A stretch of 64,000 bases of DNA from an uncultured Candidatus Saccharibacteria bacterium (GCA_964484005.1 CAZADR010000001.1:135819-199818), one strand, 5' to 3'; shown: positions 10,554 through 21,461, numbered from the stretch's first letter. The notes: generated by a model not told the origin, from the sequence alone. A program made the numbers and translations.

Positions 10554-11375
10554 ATGCCTTCACTATCAATAGGAATTGTTGGTTTGCCAAATGTGGGAAA
10601 GTCCACGCTTTTTAACGCACTTACCAAAAAGGGAGTGCCGGCAGAGAATTATCCTTTTTGTACAATTGACCCGTCTGTGGGTATCGTGCCGGTGCCAGAC
10701 GAGCGCCTGACCAAGCTAACAGAGATATCAAAATCTAAAAAAACTATTCCCGCAGTGGTGGAGTTTGTAGATATTGCTGGTCTTGTAAAAGGTGCGTCAG
10801 AGGGTGCAGGTCTCGGTAATAAGTTTTTGTCACACATTCGTGAAGTAGATGCTATTATTGAAGTCGTTCGAATTTTTGAAGATCCAAACACTATTCATGT
10901 ACACGACAAAGTGGACCCTCTTTTTGATATAGAAGTTATAAACTTTGAACTTGAACAAGCGGGGATAAAAAAACCTACACTTTATGTATTAAATAAATCC
11001 GAGGCGGCAGAAAATATTAAGAATGATTTTGTGTCAAAACTTCCGGGTCCTCACATTGAAGTCGATCCAGTTTTTGGTACTGGTCTGGATAATCTGATTG
11101 TCGCTAGTTATGATTTACTAAATTTGATTACTTTCTTTACTACAGGTGAAGATGAGTCTAGGGCTTGGACTACTCTTCGGGGTGCAACGGCACCATTTGC
11201 TGGTCGTTCAATACATACAGATTTTCAACAAAAGTTTATAAGAGCCGAAGTTGTCTCTTATGATCAACTTATTGAGGCGGGGAGTTTTGCTAAGGCGCGA
11301 GAAAAAGGTTGGGTCCGTACCGAAGGCAAAGAATATATAGTCCAAGATGGAGATGTTGTAGAATTTTTAATCTAA
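10554..11375 (+). CDS. ychF: ribosome-binding ATPase YchF (Obg-family), short form lacking the coiled-coil insertion
   Basis: G1 is GLPNVGKST and G3 is [10 protein letters not shown]. The YchF-specific G4 NxxE is present as NKSE. A C-terminal TGS/DUF933 domain (…[29 protein letters not shown]…) is present. The protein is 273 aa versus roughly 363 aa typical. Confidence 0.8.
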   Translation: MPSLSIGIVGLPNVGKSTLFNALTKKGVPAENYPFCTIDPSVGIVPVPDERLTKLTEISKSKKTIPAVVEFVDIAGLVKGASEGAGLGNKFLSHIREVDAIIEVVRIFEDPNTIHVHDKVDPLFDIEVINFELEQAGIKKPTLYVLNKSEAAENIKNDFVSKLPGPHIEVDPVFGTGLDNLIVASYDLLNLITFFTTGEDESRAWTTLRGATAPFAGRSIHTDFQQKFIRAEVVSYDQLIEAGSFAKAREKGWVRTEGKEYIVQDGDVVEFLI

Positions 11376-11406
11376 TTTAAAAACTATTTTAGGGTATAAT
11401 ATAAGG

Positions 11407-12978
11407 ATGTCAGGCAATGCTTTAAATAAAGTTATACTAATAGTCTTGGATGGTTTTGGCCTAGCTCCTAGGGCTCCCGGGAACCCCATTACAGCCAAAA
11501 ACATGCCGTTTTTAGATAATTTAATTTCTACCTATAAATCTCAAAATTTAGTGGCGTCAGGCCTCGTGGTAGGACTTGAGTGGGGGACTTATGGTAATAG
11601 TGAAGTCGGCCACGGTGCTATGGGTACTGGACGAGTGGTGGTACAGAGCTTGGCTAGAATTAATTCTGAAATAAAAGATAGAAAATTTTTCAAGAACGAA
11701 GTTTTCTTGAAAGTTTTGGAGCATGCAAAAAATAATAATTCAAAAGTTCATCTTGTGGGCTGTGTTAGTCCTGGGGGCATACATTCGCACGAGGGTCACT
11801 TGATTGGATTATTAGATTTCTTTGCTGAAAATAACTTTTCAAAAGTTTGCGTGCACATGATAACTGATGGAGAAGACAGTATTTTGGAAGAAGGAATAAA
11901 GAGTTTAAAAAGAATCAATGGAGCTTTAGTAAAATCAGGAGCCAAGATAGTTTCTATTGGTGGCCGAAATTTTACGATGGACAGAGTTAAAAATTGGCCT
12001 TTAATAAAAAAAGCTTGGGATGTCATGGTGCATGGAGAGGGTAAGAAATTTAAAATTGCTGAAGACTATATAAATGACTCTTATAAAAAAGAAGTATATG
12101 ATCCTGACATTGAGCCAGCTTCTTTTGATTACAATAAAGAAAATGTCACCATAAAAGATGGAGATGGAATTATTTTTTTTAATTTTCGCAACGACAGAAT
12201 GAGGCAAATTGTGGCGCCATTCATCTTTCCTGATTTTAAAGATTTTAGCCGAGGTCATGTTTTTAAGGATTTGATGGTTGCTACGATGACAGACTACGAT
12301 AAGACTTTCAAGGTGCTTGTCGCTTATCCTCCAGACATACTTTCAAACACTCTCGGAGAAGTCGTAAGTAAACAAGGCAAAAAACAATTACGCGTAGCTG
12401 AAGGAGAAAAAGAAGCTCATGTTACCAACTTTTTTAATGGGGGCAAGCTCGACCCATACGAAGGCGAAGACAGAGAGATAGCTCATTCTAGAATCTTAGT
12501 TGGTAATGGATATTTAGAGCACCCAGAAATGTCGGCTATGGGTATAACAGAAAGTGTTGTAAAATCAGCTGATAAAGATTATGTTTTGACTGTGGTTAAT
12601 TTTGCGAATAGTGACATGGTGGCGCACACAGGCAATCTTGTTGCTATAGAAAAAGCTTTACAGGTCGTAGATAAATCTCTTGAAAAAATAGTAAAAGCAA
12701 ATGACTTATCAAAGACAACAATCATCATTACCGCTGATCATGGAAATGCAGAAGAGATGATTGACCCAAATACAGACAAAGCTGATAGCCAGCATTCTAC
12801 TGCCAATGTCCCTGTGATTTTTATAGGTGAACAGTTTAAGGAAAAGAGTGAAAAGAATTTAGATAATTTATATAAAGAAGTTCCAATAGGGTCGCTTATT
12901 GATATAGCTCCGACGATTTTACATCTTTTAGGTTTTGAACAGCCAAAAGAAATGTCGGGAAGTAAATTAATTAATTAA
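11407..12978 (+). CDS. gpmI: 2,3-bisphosphoglycerate-independent phosphoglycerate mutase
   Basis: The N-terminus is VILIVLDGFGLA and the metal-site motif ITADHGNAE is present. The length is 523 aa. Confidence 0.9.
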   Translation: MSGNALNKVILIVLDGFGLAPRAPGNPITAKNMPFLDNLISTYKSQNLVASGLVVGLEWGTYGNSEVGHGAMGTGRVVVQSLARINSEIKDRKFFKNEVFLKVLEHAKNNNSKVHLVGCVSPGGIHSHEGHLIGLLDFFAENNFSKVCVHMITDGEDSILEEGIKSLKRINGALVKSGAKIVSIGGRNFTMDRVKNWPLIKKAWDVMVHGEGKKFKIAEDYINDSYKKEVYDPDIEPASFDYNKENVTIKDGDGIIFFNFRNDRMRQIVAPFIFPDFKDFSRGHVFKDLMVATMTDYDKTFKVLVAYPPDILSNTLGEVVSKQGKKQLRVAEGEKEAHVTNFFNGGKLDPYEGEDREIAHSRILVGNGYLEHPEMSAMGITESVVKSADKDYVLTVVNFANSDMVAHTGNLVAIEKALQVVDKSLEKIVKANDLSKTTIIITADHGNAEEMIDPNTDKADSQHSTANVPVIFIGEQFKEKSEKNLDNLYKEVPIGSLIDIAPTILHLLGFEQPKEMSGSKLIN

Positions 12979-12982
12979 AAAA

Positions 12983-13882
12983 ATGCAAAATAAACAAGAA
13001 CACAATATTAAGATTTTTTATTCAAAAGACTGGGGAGACTATGAGCTTTTAGATACGGGTCTTGGGGAAAAATTGGAGAGATTTGGTTCGCACTCTTTTG
13101 TGCGTCCTTGTGAAGATGCTGTCTGGCCCAAGACTTTAGGAAAAGCTGATTGGACTAAAATAGATGGAAAGTTTTGGAGCTCAAAAGCTGGGGCCAAAGC
13201 AGGCTGGACGTTTGATAAGAAAATTAAAGCCAAGTGGCAAATGGAACACAAAGGCATAAAGTTCTTAGCAGAGCCGACACCTTTTAGACATTTAGGATTC
13301 TTTCCAGAGCAAGCTAGCCATTGGGATTTTATAGAAGATACAATCAAAAATTCAGGCAGAAAAATAAAGTTTTTAAATTTATTTGGCTATACAGGAGTGG
13401 CGAGCCTTTTTGCACTTCGTGCAGGCGCGGAAGTGACACACTTGGATGCGTCCAAGCAGACACTGAATTGGGCCAAAGAAAACCAAAATTTGAATACTGA
13501 TTTAATCAATGCACCGATGCGTATCATAGAAGATGATGTTTTAAAATTTCTAGAAAGAGAGGAAAAAAGAGGCAATAAATATGATGCGATAATTATGGAC
13601 CCACCAAAATTTGGCAGGGGACCCAAAGGAGAAGTTTGGAAAATAGAAGAAATGTTACCCAAGCTTCTCACTCAAGTAAGAAAAGTTTTGAGCGATAAGC
13701 CTCTTTTTGTGATTCTTACTTCTTATGCGATAGATTCTTCTTCACTTTCTCTCGGCTATGCACTAGCAGAAACAATGAAAGATTTTGGAGGCAGAGTAGA
13801 ACAAGGTGAGCTCTGTGTGCTAGAAAAATCTAATGATAGACTAATTCCATTAGCCAATACTGCAGTGTGGAGTAATAAATAA
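12983..13882 (+). CDS. class I SAM-dependent methyltransferase (RlmI/RlmK-like rRNA methyltransferase fold)
   Basis: SAM motif I is LNLFGYTGVAS and motif post-II is IIMDPP. Confidence 0.6.
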   Translation: MQNKQEHNIKIFYSKDWGDYELLDTGLGEKLERFGSHSFVRPCEDAVWPKTLGKADWTKIDGKFWSSKAGAKAGWTFDKKIKAKWQMEHKGIKFLAEPTPFRHLGFFPEQASHWDFIEDTIKNSGRKIKFLNLFGYTGVASLFALRAGAEVTHLDASKQTLNWAKENQNLNTDLINAPMRIIEDDVLKFLEREEKRGNKYDAIIMDPPKFGRGPKGEVWKIEEMLPKLLTQVRKVLSDKPLFVILTSYAIDSSSLSLGYALAETMKDFGGRVEQGELCVLEKSNDRLIPLANTAVWSNK

Positions 13883-13887
13883 AAATC

Positions 13888-14250
13888 TTATTTCTCTTTG
13901 ACTTCTTCTTGGATTTCTTCGACGTCTTCTTGAATCTCGTCGACATCTTTTTGGATTTCGTCCACATCTTCTTGAATCTCGTCCACATCTTCTTGTATTT
14001 CATTAATATCTTCAGACACTTCTTCGAGTTCTTCTCCTTGTTTATTTACAGTCATTTGTATGAAGATAGAGAGATATATTGCCTCTAAAGAAACTATAGT
14101 AGTAAGAATTAACAATATGTCCGAAGAAGCTATTCCAAAGAACCTTAACGAAAAAATACCCATAAAAAATATGGTGTGCACTAAAATGGATTGGGGAGAA
14201 CCAATCCAATGAGTTAATTTCTTTGAGAATTCTTCAAATTTCTTGTCCAT
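13888..14250 (-). CDS. DUF1003-like small membrane protein with a C-terminal acidic heptad-repeat tail
   Basis: Motifs THWIGS, SLEAIYLS and Q..NKQ are recognised from memory as DUF1003. The C-terminus is five repeats of EDVDEIQ. The ORF track begins at a TTG at 14310; the ATG at 14250 (MDKKFEEF...) is preferred. Confidence 0.6.
   Translation of the reverse strand: MDKKFEEFSKKLTHWIGSPQSILVHTIFFMGIFSLRFFGIASSDILLILTTIVSLEAIYLSIFIQMTVNKQGEELEEVSEDINEIQEDVDEIQEDVDEIQKDVDEIQEDVEEIQEEVKEK
13909..14013. repeat. imperfect 21-bp tandem repeat (about 5 copies) encoding the EDVDEIQ heptads
   Basis: The + strand reads tcttcttgaatctcgtcgaca / tctttttggatttcgtccaca / tcttcttgaatctcgtccaca ... Confidence 0.6.
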
Positions 14251-14294
14251 AAGGCTATCTTGTAGGTTAACAATTCTATGATATAATATATAGC

Positions 14295-15311
14295 ATGGAA
14301 ACACAAACAAATATTACAAATAAGTTTGGTATAGGATACTTTTTCCTATGCTTGGGCGCATTAATAACATTAATAACTTCAGTCGTATCATTTTTAAATC
14401 TTGTTTTCGAAACATTAAACAAGCGTTTTCCTGATGTTTTAAATTCTTCTTATCAATATGGATATTCTACTTATGAATATGAAGGTATTCGTATGGCACT
14501 AGCCACATTGATTATATTCTTTCCAATATTTATAGTTGTATCTTATTTTTGGAATAAGTATTCTAAAACAACTCTTGGATACATAAACGAAATATTTAAG
14601 AAGTGGTTGATCTATATTATTTTGTTCTTATCTTCTGTTATCGTAGTGGTGGATCTCGTAACCTTAATTAAATTCTTTATTTCTGGAGAAATTACCTACA
14701 GGTTTATACTAAAAGTTGTGACAGTCTTGGTGGTCGCAGGCTTGGTTGGTTTCTATTATGTATTTTTACTTAGAGAAGAAGAAGGTTCTAATTCTAAAAA
14801 AGGTTTGATTTTCGGAGGAGTAGGTTCTGTGCTTGTTTTATCAGCCATCATTTACAGCTTTATGATTATCGGTAGTCCGATGACCCAGAGAGCTCTCCGT
14901 TTAGACGACAGAAGAGTAAACGATCTTCAAACTATTCAATATCAAATAATTAATTATTGGCAGCAAAAAGAAAAGTTGCCAGTAGATTTAAAAGAACTTG
15001 CAAATCCACTTTCTGGTTTTTCTTTGCCAACAGAGCCTGAGTTTGAAAAAGGAAAAGTATATGAGTATATAGTAAAAGATAAGCTTACCTTTGAGCTTTG
15101 TGCTACATTTTCCTTACCAATTCAAAAAGGTTGGCGTGAATATAGCGGTGGGGGAATAATGATGCCAGCGTATGATAAAGAATTTTCAAATGTTTCTTAT
15201 CCTTACCCTGGTTCTGGAATAAACGAATCTTGGGATCATCAAGAAGGACGAACTTGTTTTGAGCGAACGATAGATAAAGATCTATATCCTCCGTATCCAA
15301 AAACATACTAA
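14295..15311 (+). CDS. hypothetical integral membrane protein (4-5 TM helices plus a C-terminal soluble domain)
   Basis: Hydrophobic helices occur in the first ~200 aa. No motif was recognised. Confidence 0.5.
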   Translation: METQTNITNKFGIGYFFLCLGALITLITSVVSFLNLVFETLNKRFPDVLNSSYQYGYSTYEYEGIRMALATLIIFFPIFIVVSYFWNKYSKTTLGYINEIFKKWLIYIILFLSSVIVVVDLVTLIKFFISGEITYRFILKVVTVLVVAGLVGFYYVFLLREEEGSNSKKGLIFGGVGSVLVLSAIIYSFMIIGSPMTQRALRLDDRRVNDLQTIQYQIINYWQQKEKLPVDLKELANPLSGFSLPTEPEFEKGKVYEYIVKDKLTFELCATFSLPIQKGWREYSGGGIMMPAYDKEFSNVSYPYPGSGINESWDHQEGRTCFERTIDKDLYPPYPKTY

Positions 15312-15338
15312 GGTAAGTTTTGGACACTCTAAATAAAC

Positions 15339-15369
15339 AAAAAACCGCTTTGCATAAAGGCGGTTTTTT
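15339..15369 (+). terminator. rho-independent terminator
   Basis: Hairpin aaccgcttt gcat aaaggcggtt followed by tttttg. Confidence 0.6.
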
Positions 15370-15386
15370 GTTTATGATGTAAATAT

Positions 15387-17615
15387 ATGAAAGAATATGA
15401 CCATTCAAAGTTAGAAAAAAAGTGGCAGACTATTTGGGAGAAAAAGGGAATCTATCACGCCAAAGACAAGTCTCCAAAACCAAAATATTTTAGTCTTATT
15501 GAATTTCCTTACCCATCCGGAGATGGGTTACATGTAGGGCATCCTAGGTCTTATGTGGGCATGGATATTGTTTCCAGAAAAAGAAGACTGGAAGGTTTTA
15601 ATGTCTTATACCCAATCGGTTGGGATGCTTTTGGTTTACCGACAGAAAATTATGCCATCAAGACTGGCAAGGATCCTAGGATTGTCACCAAGAAAAATAG
15701 TGATGTTTTTCGAAAACAGATAAAAGCACTTGGTATTTCTTTTGATTGGTCTCGAGAAATAAATACTACTGACCCAAAATATTATAAATGGACACAATGG
15801 ATATTTTTACAATTCTTGAAAAAGGGTTTGGCTTATAAAACAAAGACAGAGATAAATTGGTGTCCAAAAGACAAAATTGGATTGGCTAATGAAGAAGTGA
15901 TAGCCGGAAATTGTGAAAGATGTGGTACTCCGGTGGAGAAGAAAGAAAAAGAGCAATGGATGCTCGCCATTACTAAATATGCTGACAGGCTCGATAAAGA
16001 TTTGGATGATGTTGACTATTTGCCTCAAATCAAATTAGCCCAGAGAAACTGGATAGGAAAAAAGCATGGCGCAGTAATAAAGTTTGATGATATTGAGGTT
16101 TTCACCACTAGGCCTGACACTATTTTCGGTGCTACTTTTGTGGTTATTGCAGGGGAGAAAGATAAGTTTACTGGGCGTTATGTGACCAACCCAGCGACCA
16201 AAGAAAAGATACCTGTTTGGGAAGCAGAGTATGTCATGGCCGAAGTTGGTACGGGAGCCATAATGGCTGTGCCTGCAGACGACGAGAGAGATATGGCATT
16301 TGCCAAACAGCACGATTTGCCTATTGTTGAAAATTATAAAAAAGCTGGTTTTGAAGATTTTGGAAAGAAGGTTGTTCACTTTAAACTTCGAGATTGGGTT
16401 TTTTCTAGACAGCGATATTGGGGTGAGCCTATACCAGTAATTTTTTGTGAAAAGTGTGGAGCTGTACCAGTACCAGAAAAAGATCTACCCGTAGAGCTTC
16501 CCAAGGTAAAGAATTATCAGCCGACTGATAGCGGTGAATCTCCTCTCGCGAATATTTCAAAATGGGTAAATACAAAATGTCCCAAGTGTAAGGGAAAAGC
16601 TAAAAGAGAAACCGATACCATGCCAAACTGGGCGGGCTCTAGTTGGTATTATTTGAGATATGCTGATTCAAAAAATAAGAAAGAATTTGCAAGTAAGAAG
16701 AATTTAAAATACTGGACACCGGTGGATTGGTATAATGGGGGAAATGAGCACACAACCCTTCACCTTCTGTATTCTCGTTTTTGGCACAAGTTCCTTTTTG
16801 ACTTGGGCTTAGTTCCTACTTCTGAACCTTACAAGAAACGAACTTCCCATGGGCTTATTTTGGCTGAAGGGGGAGAGAAGATGTCTAAATCAAGAGGAAA
16901 TGTGGTAAATCCAGATGAGATAGTAAAGCTCTATGGTGCAGATACCTTGCGTGTGTATGAGATGTTTATGGGTCCATTTAGCCAAGCTGTATCTTGGTCC
17001 ACCGAAAGTATTATTGGCTCTAGAAGATTTATCGAAAAAGTTTGGAGGATAAAAGAAAAAGTTTTGAAACAGAAGAATTCTTCCGGCTTGACCCTTCCCG
17101 GAGTACCGGGTGGGACCCACACCGCTCAGAATTCTTCTGTTTCAAAACTGTTAAACAAAACTATTAAAAAAGTTTCTGAAGACATAGAAGAGATGCGTTT
17201 TAATACAGCTATTTCTTCTTTGATGATTTTGGCGACAGAGATGGAAAAAACAGAAAACATTTCTATCGAAGATTATAAAATGTTTTTGATTATTCTTTCT
17301 CCATTTGCCCCGCATGTCGCAGAAGAATTGTGGAGCATGTTTGGAGACCTGTCTGCCGACAAGGCAGGAAAGAAATCCATTAATCTTTCTTCTTGGCCAA
17401 AGTGGGATGAGGGCCTTCTTGAGGAAGATGAAATTAAAATAGTTGTTCAAATAAATGGAAAGGTAAGAGCTGAAATGATGATAAAATCTGGTGAAAATGA
17501 AGAAAAGGTAAAAGAAGATGCTTTGAAGAATGAAGATGTGTTAAAATACATTACAAGCAAGGATATTAAAAAAGTAATTTATGTGAAGGGTAGACTTATT
17601 AATATAGTTTTGTAG
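15387..17615 (+). CDS. leuS: leucine--tRNA ligase (short form)
   Basis: HIGH-region is HVGHPRSYVGMD and KMSKS is present. The editing domain and the LeuS-specific anticodon-binding region are recognisable. The protein is 742 aa. Confidence 0.95.
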   Translation: MKEYDHSKLEKKWQTIWEKKGIYHAKDKSPKPKYFSLIEFPYPSGDGLHVGHPRSYVGMDIVSRKRRLEGFNVLYPIGWDAFGLPTENYAIKTGKDPRIVTKKNSDVFRKQIKALGISFDWSREINTTDPKYYKWTQWIFLQFLKKGLAYKTKTEINWCPKDKIGLANEEVIAGNCERCGTPVEKKEKEQWMLAITKYADRLDKDLDDVDYLPQIKLAQRNWIGKKHGAVIKFDDIEVFTTRPDTIFGATFVVIAGEKDKFTGRYVTNPATKEKIPVWEAEYVMAEVGTGAIMAVPADDERDMAFAKQHDLPIVENYKKAGFEDFGKKVVHFKLRDWVFSRQRYWGEPIPVIFCEKCGAVPVPEKDLPVELPKVKNYQPTDSGESPLANISKWVNTKCPKCKGKAKRETDTMPNWAGSSWYYLRYADSKNKKEFASKKNLKYWTPVDWYNGGNEHTTLHLLYSRFWHKFLFDLGLVPTSEPYKKRTSHGLILAEGGEKMSKSRGNVVNPDEIVKLYGADTLRVYEMFMGPFSQAVSWSTESIIGSRRFIEKVWRIKEKVLKQKNSSGLTLPGVPGGTHTAQNSSVSKLLNKTIKKVSEDIEEMRFNTAISSLMILATEMEKTENISIEDYKMFLIILSPFAPHVAEELWSMFGDLSADKAGKKSINLSSWPKWDEGLLEEDEIKIVVQINGKVRAEMMIKSGENEEKVKEDALKNEDVLKYITSKDIKKVIYVKGRLINIVL

Positions 17616-17661
17616 TTTATTTAATTGCTTTATATTATTAACATATAGTATAATAAAACCC

Positions 17662-19731
17662 ATGAGTTCAAATATATTTGATAGGCTTTCTTTTTTAGCA
17701 TTATTTTTAGTAATAATATTATTACCTCTCTTTAGTATGCCTTTCACGAGTATTCCGATTGAGGCTTCAAAGGGTTTGCTTTTGGTTTCCGGTTTAGCTA
17801 TTTGTGTCGTTTTTTGGGCGATAGCTAGATTTCTGGATGGAAACATAGTTTTACCAAAATCTTGGCTTTTAGCTTCTGGATTTTTTGTATCTTTGGCCTT
17901 TTTGCTTTCTGCTCTATTCTCTGCAACTCCAGAGATATCTCTATTTGGTACTTTGTTTGATGTTGGTAGTTTCTGGTTTATTTTTTCTGCTTTTGTTTTA
18001 ATGATGATGTCTTCTATTGTTTTTAGAAATACAAAGCGTGCCAAGGTGGTTTTACTGGGAGCAATACTGTCTTCTGCTCTTGTTCTAGTATTTCAAATTT
18101 TACACTTATTCTTGCCTGACATGCTTTCTCTTGGGATTTTATCTGGGAAGACTGGTAATGTCCTCGGTTCTTGGAATGCCCTAGGTCTATTTTCAGGATT
18201 TGCTGTATTGATGTTTCTTCTAGTTATAGAATTTTTTCCAATCTCTAAGCTGGAAAAGATTTTGCTAGAAGTATTTATTTTACTTTCAATGTTTATGGTA
18301 GCTGCTGTAAATTTCCCATTAGTCTGGACCTTGGTTGGGATTTCAAGCTTAATTATTTTCGTCTATAAAATATCTGTAACTTTTCAAGCAAATGAAGAAG
18401 AGAAAAGGAAAAGCTTCCCATTGGTTTCCTTTGCGGTGGTCATAATGTCTCTCTTGTTCTTTATTTCTGGTCAATTTATAGGTAACCTTTTACCAAATCG
18501 TTTACAGATATCAAACACTGAAGTCGGTCCTTCTCTAGGAGCTACTTTGACTGTTACCAAGGGAGTATTGATGAAAGATCCTATTTTTGGTATCGGCCCT
18601 AATAGATTTGGAGAAGCTTGGTCTTCTTTCAAGCCAGCTGTAATAAACAATACTCAATTCTGGGATGTTTCTTTTGATTCAGGCTCAGGCTTACTTCCTA
18701 CTCTTATGGTTACTACTGGAGGTATTGGTATCCTTGCTTGGATTATCTTTCTTGTTTTATTCTTGTTTGCTGGAGCTAAGTCTGTATTTTCTGGAATTAA
18801 AAATGGCATAAACTGGGAGATGATGGCTTTCTTTGTATTGTCATTATATTTGTTTATATCTTCATTCTTTTATTCTACCGGTACAGTCATATTCTTATTG
18901 GCTCTCGCTTTTACTGGAATATTTGTTGGATTAGCATCTTCCTCTTCAGGAAAAGAAATAACAATTTCTTTCTTAAATGATCATAGAAAAAGCTTCTTCT
19001 CTATCCTTGCCCTTATTATCCTTATAATTATTTCCGTTGCTCTTTCATTCAAGTATATAGAGCGCTTTGTTTCAGTTTCTTATTTTGGAAAAGCCCTAAC
19101 AGCAGAAACAATTCCATTAGCACAAGACTATATAAACAAAGCTCTTTCTCTTCACACCAATGATCTTTATTTGAGAACTTATGCTCAGATACACCTTGTT
19201 AAATTAAGTTCTCTTGTAAATAAAGGAGATGCCTTGACTGAAGAGGAAAAAGCAGAGTTACAAGTTAGTTTTGAGCAGGCAATAAATGGCGCCCAAATGG
19301 CAGTAGTTTATAATCCTGCAAATTATCTAAATCATCAGCTCCTTGGTTCGATTTATCAAGCAGTAGGTTCAATAGGAGTAAAAGATTCGTATGTTAAGGC
19401 TCTAGAGGCTTTCCAGGGTGCTTCAAATATAAATCCATTAAATCCTGGACTCAAATTAGCTATGGCAAATGCATCGTTTGCTGATGGAAAGAAAAAAGAA
19501 GCTAAAGAATATGCCCTAGAAGCTTTGACTCTAAAAGAAGATTATATTGATGCATTACTTACCTTAGCTCAGATATATAGAGACGAAGGAAACAGGAGTG
19601 AAGCTCTTTCTTATGCACAGAAAGCTCTTTCCTTAAATCCAACCAATAAAGACTTAATCGAATACGTGAACTCACTCCGTTCATCCAGCTCTTCTTCTTC
19701 AGACACTACAACTGACACAGAGAGTGAATAA
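17662..19731 (+). CDS. O-antigen ligase (Wzy_C)-like polytopic membrane protein with C-terminal TPR repeats
   Basis: More than 10 TM helices are followed by TPR-like repeats (ALSLHTNDLYLRTYAQI..., ALSLNPTNKDL) and a Ser-rich tail. Confidence 0.6.
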   Translation: MSSNIFDRLSFLALFLVIILLPLFSMPFTSIPIEASKGLLLVSGLAICVVFWAIARFLDGNIVLPKSWLLASGFFVSLAFLLSALFSATPEISLFGTLFDVGSFWFIFSAFVLMMMSSIVFRNTKRAKVVLLGAILSSALVLVFQILHLFLPDMLSLGILSGKTGNVLGSWNALGLFSGFAVLMFLLVIEFFPISKLEKILLEVFILLSMFMVAAVNFPLVWTLVGISSLIIFVYKISVTFQANEEEKRKSFPLVSFAVVIMSLLFFISGQFIGNLLPNRLQISNTEVGPSLGATLTVTKGVLMKDPIFGIGPNRFGEAWSSFKPAVINNTQFWDVSFDSGSGLLPTLMVTTGGIGILAWIIFLVLFLFAGAKSVFSGIKNGINWEMMAFFVLSLYLFISSFFYSTGTVIFLLALAFTGIFVGLASSSSGKEITISFLNDHRKSFFSILALIILIIISVALSFKYIERFVSVSYFGKALTAETIPLAQDYINKALSLHTNDLYLRTYAQIHLVKLSSLVNKGDALTEEEKAELQVSFEQAINGAQMAVVYNPANYLNHQLLGSIYQAVGSIGVKDSYVKALEAFQGASNINPLNPGLKLAMANASFADGKKKEAKEYALEALTLKEDYIDALLTLAQIYRDEGNRSEALSYAQKALSLNPTNKDLIEYVNSLRSSSSSSSDTTTDTESE

Positions 19732-19742
19732 CCCCACAAAGA

Positions 19743-21422
19743 ATGGAGAAGATTCTGAGAATTTTTACTAAAGAATCTGGAAGCATAAATCAGGCTGCTC
19801 TTCTTTTAGGTTCTTTCACTTTACTTTCTCAAATTCTGGCATTGTTCCGAGATAGGTCCATTGCTCACTTTGTCGGCCCTTCGTCTTCACTCGATGCTTA
19901 CTATGCAGCTTTTCGAGTGCCTGATCTTATATTTATTTGTGTTGCTTCTTTGGCATCTATCACCGTGCTTATTCCATTTGTTGTTTCTAAAATGGAAGGG
20001 GACAAGGTTACTGACACTGCCCGTAAATTCTTGAATGATATTTTTACGGTTTTCTTTTCTCTGATGGTGTTGATATCTGTCTTTGCTTTTTTCCTGATGC
20101 CGTATCTGGTTTATTTTATAGCACCCGGGTTTAGCTCGGAACTTCAAAATGAAGTAATCATGCTTTCTAGAATTATGCTTCTTTCTCCTATATTTATGGG
20201 TCTCTCCAATCTATTTGGTACTGTTACTCAGCTTTTCCGAAAGTTCTTTATTTATTCCTTAAGCCCAATTTTTTACAATGTTGGGATTATTATTGGAGTT
20301 ATTTTTTTCTATCCAATATGGGGGATATACGGGATGGCAGGTGGGGTAGCACTTGGTGCCTTGATGCATTTTGGTATACAGGCTTTTGCGGCGCACAGCT
20401 CTGGCTTTACTCCCAAGTTTTCTTTTAAAATTAATTTTAAAGATATAAAAGAGGCAGCTATTACTTCGCTCCCTAGAACCCTAGGGCTTGCTTTCAACAA
20501 CATTGCTCTCATCAGTATCATTGCGCTTGCTTCATTTTTAGAAAGTGGTTCTATCTCTGTGTTTAATTTTGCTTTCAATTTACAGTCTGTACCGCTCAAC
20601 ATTATCGGTATTTCTTATGCGGTAGCAGCTTTTCCGACTTTGGCAAAATCTTTTGGCAACGGAAAAAAAGAAGAATTTAATAAACACTTAAAAGAAGCAG
20701 CGAGAGCTATAGTCTTTTGGTCTTTACCAGTGATATTTCTTTTTGTTGTGCTTCGGGCACAGATTGTGCGTGTCATTCTCGGCTCTGGTTCATTTTCTTG
20801 GGACAATACACGTCTCGTGGCTGCAGCGCTCGCCATCTTTTCTGTGTCGGTCATGGCGCAAGGTTTGATCACCTTACTTTCTCGTTCTTATTATGCGACA
20901 GGGAATACCAAGCGTCCGTTTTTAATAAACTTATCTTCATCTGTTTTTATAATTTTTCTTTCTTTTGTGCTTTTAAAGTTTTTCGAAAATGTTCCGATGT
21001 TTCGCTATTTTATAGAATCCCTACTCAAGGTGAGTGATATTTCTGGTACAGAAATACTGATGTTACCACTCGCGTATTCTATGGGAACAATTTTGAATTT
21101 TATTTTATATTGGGTTTTTGTGAAGAAAGATTTTATGCCCAAAGAATCTTTTATTACCAAGACTTTTTTCCAGAGCCTAGGGGCTTCATTCTTCTTAGGG
21201 CTCGTCAGCTATTTGAGCCTAAACATTCTTTCTCCAATTTTTGGAACGACCACTTTTTGGGGAGTGTTCTTCCAAGGTTTTATTTCTGGAATTATGGGCA
21301 TAGCTACTGCAGCTATAGTGTTACATTTGCTAAAAAATGAAGAGTTTAAAGACTTAATCAAGACTTTAAAGACCAAGTTCTGGCGTGCAAAGATTATCGT
21401 ACCCGGAGGGGAAGAGCTCTAG
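19743..21422 (+). CDS. murJ: lipid II flippase MurJ
   Basis: The N-terminus has MurJ motifs (LLLGSFTLLSQILALFRDRSIAHFVG, DAYYAAFRVPDL). There are 14 TM helices. Confidence 0.85.
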   Translation: MEKILRIFTKESGSINQAALLLGSFTLLSQILALFRDRSIAHFVGPSSSLDAYYAAFRVPDLIFICVASLASITVLIPFVVSKMEGDKVTDTARKFLNDIFTVFFSLMVLISVFAFFLMPYLVYFIAPGFSSELQNEVIMLSRIMLLSPIFMGLSNLFGTVTQLFRKFFIYSLSPIFYNVGIIIGVIFFYPIWGIYGMAGGVALGALMHFGIQAFAAHSSGFTPKFSFKINFKDIKEAAITSLPRTLGLAFNNIALISIIALASFLESGSISVFNFAFNLQSVPLNIIGISYAVAAFPTLAKSFGNGKKEEFNKHLKEAARAIVFWSLPVIFLFVVLRAQIVRVILGSGSFSWDNTRLVAAALAIFSVSVMAQGLITLLSRSYYATGNTKRPFLINLSSSVFIIFLSFVLLKFFENVPMFRYFIESLLKVSDISGTEILMLPLAYSMGTILNFILYWVFVKKDFMPKESFITKTFFQSLGASFFLGLVSYLSLNILSPIFGTTTFWGVFFQGFISGIMGIATAAIVLHLLKNEEFKDLIKTLKTKFWRAKIIVPGGEEL

Positions 21423-21461
21423 AAGCTTTGAAACATAGGCTTTTTCTGTTAGAATAAAAAA

